From Demequinaceae bacterium (GTDB lineage Bacteria > Actinomycetota > Actinomycetes > Actinomycetales > Demequinaceae): DNA of 32,000 nucleotides. Below, one piece after another: positions 28,105 to 32,000 of the stretch. How positions within the stretch are numbered: position 1 is the first letter of the stretch; each line of letters opens with the position of its first letter. Location: NCBI GenBank assembly GCA_965250005.1, contig OZ252279.1:1440001-1472000 (forward strand), in the 5' to 3' direction. The position numbers and the translations under genes are program-made. Below the pieces are notes generated by a model. The model was not told where the DNA came from. It saw only the letters and a program-made list of their open reading frames with translations, and did no database searches.

Positions 28105-28488
28105 ATGGCAGACGCACCCGACGGGTTGATGTTCTCGCAGGAGCACGAGTGGATCGCGGGCGACGTCGCCCCTCAATCTGAAGTGACAGTGGGAATCACC
28201 GCCTACGCTGCAGCGGCGCTAGGCGATGTCGTTTACGTTGAGGCACCGCAGGTTGGCGAAGACGTCGTCGCAGGCGAAGTCTGCGGCGAGCTCGAGTCGA
28301 CAAAGGCGGTCTCCGAACTCTATTCGCCGGTCAACGGCAAGGTCACCGCCGTCAACCAGGCCGTAGTGGACGCTCCCGAACTCATCAACGACGACACGTA
28401 CGGCGAGGGCTGGATCTTCAAGGTGGCGATTTCGAGCCCTTCGAAGGACCTGCTCAACTCTGAGCAGTACGTCGCGATTACGGAATAG
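28105..28488 (+). CDS. gcvH: Glycine cleavage H protein (lipoyl carrier)
   Basis: SQEHEWI and the lipoyl-lysine motif [17 protein letters not shown] are present. The protein is 127 aa and has GGAGGAAAGGA upstream. Confidence 0.95.
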   Translation: MADAPDGLMFSQEHEWIAGDVAPQSEVTVGITAYAAAALGDVVYVEAPQVGEDVVAGEVCGELESTKAVSELYSPVNGKVTAVNQAVVDAPELINDDTYGEGWIFKVAISSPSKDLLNSEQYVAITE

Positions 28489-28517
28489 CGGGCATCGAGT
28501 TTCAGCCCGCGCGCCTG

Positions 28518-28988
28518 GTGGTCGCAGCGGCGATCGTTGACGATCTCGAGTTTCCGCGCGAATTGCTTGCCGCGCGCCGGTCGGCGCCAGCCACGCTTGC
28601 GGGTTCGTGGGAGTTCCCTGGCGGCAAAGTCGAGCCCGGGGAGAGCCCTACGGTGGCGCTCGTGCGCGAAATCCGGGAAGAGCTTGGCGTCGAGGTGGAG
28701 CTTGGCCGCGAACTCGCCGGTCCCGAGCACGTGGGGGTCGGCGCGCACGGAGCAGTTGTTGGCGGCGCATGGCCGCTGGGCCAGACCGCCGACGGCGCAC
28801 CGCTTGTGATGCGTTTGTGGCTCGCGCGGGTGATTGCGGGAGAGCCTGCGCCGCTCGAAGATCACGACGAGCTCACGTGGCTCAAGCCGGGCGCATGGCG
28901 CGATGTGCCGTGGATTGCCGCCGACGCGGACATCGTGGACGCGCTGATCTATGCGGCCGTGGAGCGCAACCGCAGCGCCTGGTGTTAG
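28518..28988 (+). CDS. Nudix hydrolase (MutT-like)
   Basis: The Nudix box is [26 protein letters not shown] (GX5EX7REUXEEXGU). It has a GTG start. Confidence 0.82.
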   Translation: MVAAAIVDDLEFPRELLAARRSAPATLAGSWEFPGGKVEPGESPTVALVREIREELGVEVELGRELAGPEHVGVGAHGAVVGGAWPLGQTADGAPLVMRLWLARVIAGEPAPLEDHDELTWLKPGAWRDVPWIAADADIVDALIYAAVERNRSAWC

Positions 28989-29014
28989 CTGAATGACTTC
29001 GCCGTTGGCACGGA

Positions 29015-29593
29015 CTACCCGGTGCGCACCACGCAGTCCTCGAGGTGATCGTCCACGAGGCCGCAGGCCTGCATCAGCGCATACATGGTCACCGGGCCAA
29101 CGAACACGAACCCATTTGCCTTCAGGTCCTTGGCAAGGGCCTTCGATTCTTCGGACTCGGAGCGCATGTCGTCCCAACCGCGGACAGGGGCGGGGCGCGG
29201 GTTTTCGGGGGCGTGCGACCAGATTAGGTCGGAGAGCGAGCCGCCCGACTCCTGCAATGCCACGAGCGCACGCGCGTTGGTGATGGTCGCCTCGATCTTG
29301 CGGCGATTGCGGATGATGCCCGCGTCTTCGAGCAGGCGCAGGACGTCTTCCTCTTCGAAGCCCGCGAGCACCCGCGGGTCGAAATCCGCAAAGGCCGCGT
29401 TGAATGCGGCGCGCTTGTGCAGCACTGTTGACCACGATAGGCCCGACTGGAAGGCCTCGAGCGCTAGCCGCTCGAGCAACGCCTGGTCGTCGCGAACGGG
29501 CACGCCCCACTCCGTGTCGTGATACTCCTCCATTTGCGGGTCCCCGTTGCCGAAGCAGCGGATCACGTCGGCGCTATTGTCCATGTGGTCCAT
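29015..29593 (-). CDS. tag: DNA-3-methyladenine glycosylase I
   Basis: RCFGNGDPQMEEYHDTEWGVP and EAFQSGLSWSTVLHKR are Tag family signatures. The start is set at the internal ATG at 29593 (MDHMDNSADVIRCF). The 59 further upstream codons of the track ORF overlap metF and are unlike Tag. Confidence 0.88.
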   Translation of the reverse strand: MDHMDNSADVIRCFGNGDPQMEEYHDTEWGVPVRDDQALLERLALEAFQSGLSWSTVLHKRAAFNAAFADFDPRVLAGFEEEDVLRLLEDAGIIRNRRKIEATITNARALVALQESGGSLSDLIWSHAPENPRPAPVRGWDDMRSESEESKALAKDLKANGFVFVGPVTMYALMQACGLVDDHLEDCVVRTG

Positions 29594-29732
29594 CTTGCGC
29601 GAAAGGTGCGACTTCTGTCGCCCAACAGTCTCGGTTCGCGGGGTTGGTGCGCTGCGGACGGTCCTTTGTGACATCGGTCGGCCAGCAACGATTCGCTCAG
29701 ACTCCCGCGCACGCGTAGCCTTACGTCCCGAC

Positions 29733-30623
29733 ATGACCATTTCAACGTTGCTCGCGGGCCCAGCACCCACGCTGTCCTACGAGCTGTTCCCCCCGCGCAC
29801 CCCGGAGGCCGAACTGGCGCTCTGGGAAACTATCGCGCGCCTGGCGGAAACCACCCCGGACTTCGCCTCCATCACGTACGGAGCGAGCGGGTCGACGCGC
29901 GACACTAGCCGGGCAGTAGTTCAGCGCCTCGCGGAGACCCACACCATCCCACCGCTCGCGCATCTCACCTGCGTGGATGCGTCGCGCGCTGAGGTAACGG
30001 CGGTCATCGAGGAGTTCCTTGACGAAGGAGTTCGCGACTTCCTCGCGCTGCGGGGCGACCCCCCCAAGGGTCAGAAAGACTGGAAGCCGCATCCGGATGG
30101 GCTGCTTTACGCTTCTGACTTGGTCGCGCTCCTGCGCGAGGTGGGAGCGGCGCACGGCATCACCGGGCCAGACTTGAGCATCGGCGTTACGGCGTTTCCC
30201 GCGGCTCACGCGAACGAGCAGTGGCGGCAGCAGGGCCTGGACGTCTTGCGTGCCAAGCAGGAGGCGGGCGCCGACTTCGCCGTCACCCAGGTCTTCTACG
30301 ACGCCACGCAGTACATGGCGCTCGTCAAGGACTTAGCGGCCGATGGTATTTCGCTGCCGATCGTTCCCGGGATCATCCCGCTGTTGGACGCCGGACGCGC
30401 GGCCCGACTAGCGCAGTTGACGGGCGTACCGGCCCCCGAATCGCTCGTGGCTCGCCTCCAGCAGGCAGAAAACACCGAGGCGGCTTGCGACGCCGGCGTG
30501 GAGCACGCAGCTGAACTCGCGAGCGCGTTGCTGGATGCGGGCGCGCCCGGAGTGCACATCTACACGTTTAACCGCGACTACGCGGCAGTCAAGTTAGTCG
30601 AGGCGATTGGCATTCGCGCCTAG
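29733..30623 (+). CDS. metF: 5,10-methylenetetrahydrofolate reductase
   Basis: LSYELFPPRT, ITYGASGSTR, HLTC and LALRGDPP are present. The start is set at the ATG at 29733 (MTISTLLAG), because the upstream track extension overlaps tag. Confidence 0.9.
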   Translation: MTISTLLAGPAPTLSYELFPPRTPEAELALWETIARLAETTPDFASITYGASGSTRDTSRAVVQRLAETHTIPPLAHLTCVDASRAEVTAVIEEFLDEGVRDFLALRGDPPKGQKDWKPHPDGLLYASDLVALLREVGAAHGITGPDLSIGVTAFPAAHANEQWRQQGLDVLRAKQEAGADFAVTQVFYDATQYMALVKDLAADGISLPIVPGIIPLLDAGRAARLAQLTGVPAPESLVARLQQAENTEAACDAGVEHAAELASALLDAGAPGVHIYTFNRDYAAVKLVEAIGIRA

Positions 30624-30644
30624 TTTCAGGCTCGGTGGGGCTAT

Positions 30645-31091
30645 TCAGCCTTCGTAGTTGTTGGCGTCGGTAAGCGTGACCTTCGCGCCATTTTCAATGG
30701 TGCGAGACACGGTGCACGTCTTCTCGTGCGCGGTCTTGAGCGCAGCACCGACGCGGGCCCGAGCCTTGTCGCCGTCTTCGCCCTCGGGGAACTTGAGGTC
30801 AAATGACAGGCGGATGTCCCGCAGAATCGAGCCATCCTCGCCACCGCTCACCTTGTCCGTGACTGCCGTGACCTCGAAGTGGTCGGGTTCGATGCGACGC
30901 GACGTCATCATGTCGACGTCGGTACTGGAGCAACCGAGCATGGCGGCGAGCAGTAGTTCGATTGAGCCGAATCCCCCCTTGGCGTTGTGCCCAAAGCGGA
31001 TCTGAGCACCACGACCGTTGTCGGCGATGAAGATGCCTTCGGCCTCGCGGGTGAGTGTGACGTTTCGCTGTACTATTGTTTCTTCTTCCAT
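30645..31091 (-). CDS. OsmC/Ohr-family (peroxiredoxin-like) protein
   Basis: The protein is 148 aa. Its two conserved Cys contexts (LLAAMLGCSSTDV and HEKTCTVSRT) are typical of the OsmC family. Confidence 0.8.
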   Translation of the reverse strand: MEEETIVQRNVTLTREAEGIFIADNGRGAQIRFGHNAKGGFGSIELLLAAMLGCSSTDVDMMTSRRIEPDHFEVTAVTDKVSGGEDGSILRDIRLSFDLKFPEGEDGDKARARVGAALKTAHEKTCTVSRTIENGAKVTLTDANNYEG

Positions 31092-31280
31092 GGCGTGATC
31101 CTTTCACGGGTTGTTTGTGCGGTAGAACAGCTCCCGGGCACGCCCATATTCCCATGTGGGCGGATGCAACTACGCTTGGCGGAACTAGCAACCATGCCGA
31201 TGCTGGTAGAGGCACGATCGCGGGCATCGCGCCGGTCCGGATAGATGTGCGGCGAGCGTCTCAGCGAACCCAGAGAAAGC

Positions 31281-31289
31281 TGGTAAACT
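31281..31289 (+). promoter_or_regulatory. Possible extended -10 (TG-g-TAAACT) placed 7 nt before the methyltransferase ATG (leaderless-type arrangement)
   Basis: The motif is seen directly. No Shine-Dalgarno lies between it and the ATG at 31297. Confidence 0.3.
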
Positions 31290-31296
31290 CGAACAT

Positions 31297-32000
31297 ATGT
31301 TCAGCTACGTGGATCTGTTTGCGGGCGTGGGTGGATTTCACGCGGCGCTTGGCGCGCTCGGTGGCGAATGCGAGTTCGCGTCCGAGATCGATGCTGATGC
31401 TGTCGCGGTTTACGAAGCGAACTGGGGCGGCGCCGTTTCCGGCGACATCGTGCCGCTCACCGCAGATCAGATGGCTGTCCCCGCCCACGATGTGCTCGCA
31501 GCTGGATTTCCATGTCAGCCATTCTCGAAGAGCGGCTATCAGCGGGGCATGGCGGAGACTAGAGGCACGCTCTTCTGGAACATCTGCCGCGTGCTTGAGG
31601 AGCGGCAGCCGGGCGTAGTTCTCCTCGAAAATGTGCGAAATCTCGCGGGCCCTCGGCACCGCGAGACCTGGGCGACCATTGTGCGGTCGCTGCGCGACCT
31701 CGGCTACAAAGTCTCGGGTGCGCCAACCGTTTTCTCTCCGCACAACTTGCCGCTCGCCCTTGGAGGGCGACCCCAGACTCGAGACCGAGTGTTCATAACC
31801 GGAATATACGTGGGCAAGGACCGCGCGTGGGCGGAAGCAACCAATGAGTTGCTTGTGCCCAACAAGCCTGTGGACGGATGGGACCCGCGGGATTGGAATC
31901 TACTCGATCATCTTCCGGTCGCGACCGATGCTCAAACCAAGGCCGACTACGGGTTGAGCGGCGCGGAAACCGAGTGGATTGAGACTTGGGACGAGTTCGT
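31297..32000 (+). CDS. DNA (cytosine-5)-methyltransferase, 3' end outside window
   Basis: I translated this by hand because it is not in the ORF track. The frame is open from ATG 31297 to the window end. It carries motif I DLFAGVGGF, motif IV GFPCQPFS, motif VI LLENV and motif VIII QTRDRVFI. Confidence 0.9.
   Translation, partial: MFSYVDLFAGVGGFHAALGALGGECEFASEIDADAVAVYEANWGGAVSGDIVPLTADQMAVPAHDVLAAGFPCQPFSKSGYQRGMAETRGTLFWNICRVLEERQPGVVLLENVRNLAGPRHRETWATIVRSLRDLGYKVSGAPTVFSPHNLPLALGGRPQTRDRVFITGIYVGKDRAWAEATNELLVPNKPVDGWDPRDWNLLDHLPVATDAQTKADYGLSGAETEWIETWDEF

Noticed and set aside
28320-29510. 396-aa minus-strand ORF, one of the longest in the track, spanning gcvH, the Nudix gene and tag
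   Set aside because: It runs antisense or out of frame to three genes with clear family motifs. Its translation is Arg/Pro/Gly/Ala-dominated (RRGRRPAPARRRGHHPQSPQDRGDHH), typical of wrong-frame reading of high-GC DNA, and no domain was recognised.
29594-29732. Possible SAM riboswitch or other leader upstream of metF
   Set aside because: The spacer is only 139 nt and is shared with divergent tag. I found no SAM-I or SAM-IV conserved cores, so it is most simply a divergent promoter region.
31076-31743. Track ORFs 31076..31618 (+, 180 aa) and 31261..31743 (-, 160 aa)
   Set aside because: Both overlap the third frame, which encodes an unambiguous C5 methyltransferase (motifs I, IV, VI, VIII). 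They have no motifs of their own.

Overview
Densely coding, high-GC actinobacterial chromosome segment with about 36 protein genes and 3 tRNAs. I saw no rRNA, CRISPR array, transposase/integrase or prophage signature. The left two-thirds is the conserved origin-proximal block, syntenic with M. tuberculosis Rv0007-Rv0020c. In order it holds a DUF3566 membrane protein, tRNA-Ile, tRNA-Ala, a membrane protein at the CwsA position, ppiA, a rhomboid protease, crgA, a class E sortase and a trpG-like amidotransferase. The minus-strand operon fhaA-fhaB-pstP-rodA-pbpA-pknA-pknB follows, bounded by tRNA-Leu; here a trans-polyprenyl synthase sits directly downstream of pknB. The right third holds dTDP-rhamnose genes (rmlA/D/C/B) and a translationally coupled trio of GT2, GT-B glycosyltransferase and a flippase-like membrane protein. 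After these come a small DUF1508 protein, gcvPTH, a Nudix hydrolase, tag, metF and an OsmC-family protein. A C5 DNA cytosine methyltransferase runs off the 3' end of the window and is missing from the supplied ORF track. Many long track ORFs are wrong-frame or antisense artefacts typical of high-GC DNA, and several real genes start well inside their track ORF. I do not see a convincing complete novel multi-gene system. The best leads are (a) a 41-codon membrane ORF between tRNA-Ile and tRNA-Ala, (b) an unusual repeat-rich, Lys-tailed membrane protein at the CwsA locus, (c) the polyprenyl synthase appended to the pknB operon, (d) the GT2/GT-B/flippase-like module next to the rml genes, and (e) the edge-truncated cytosine methyltransferase, which may open an R-M or defence locus beyond the window.
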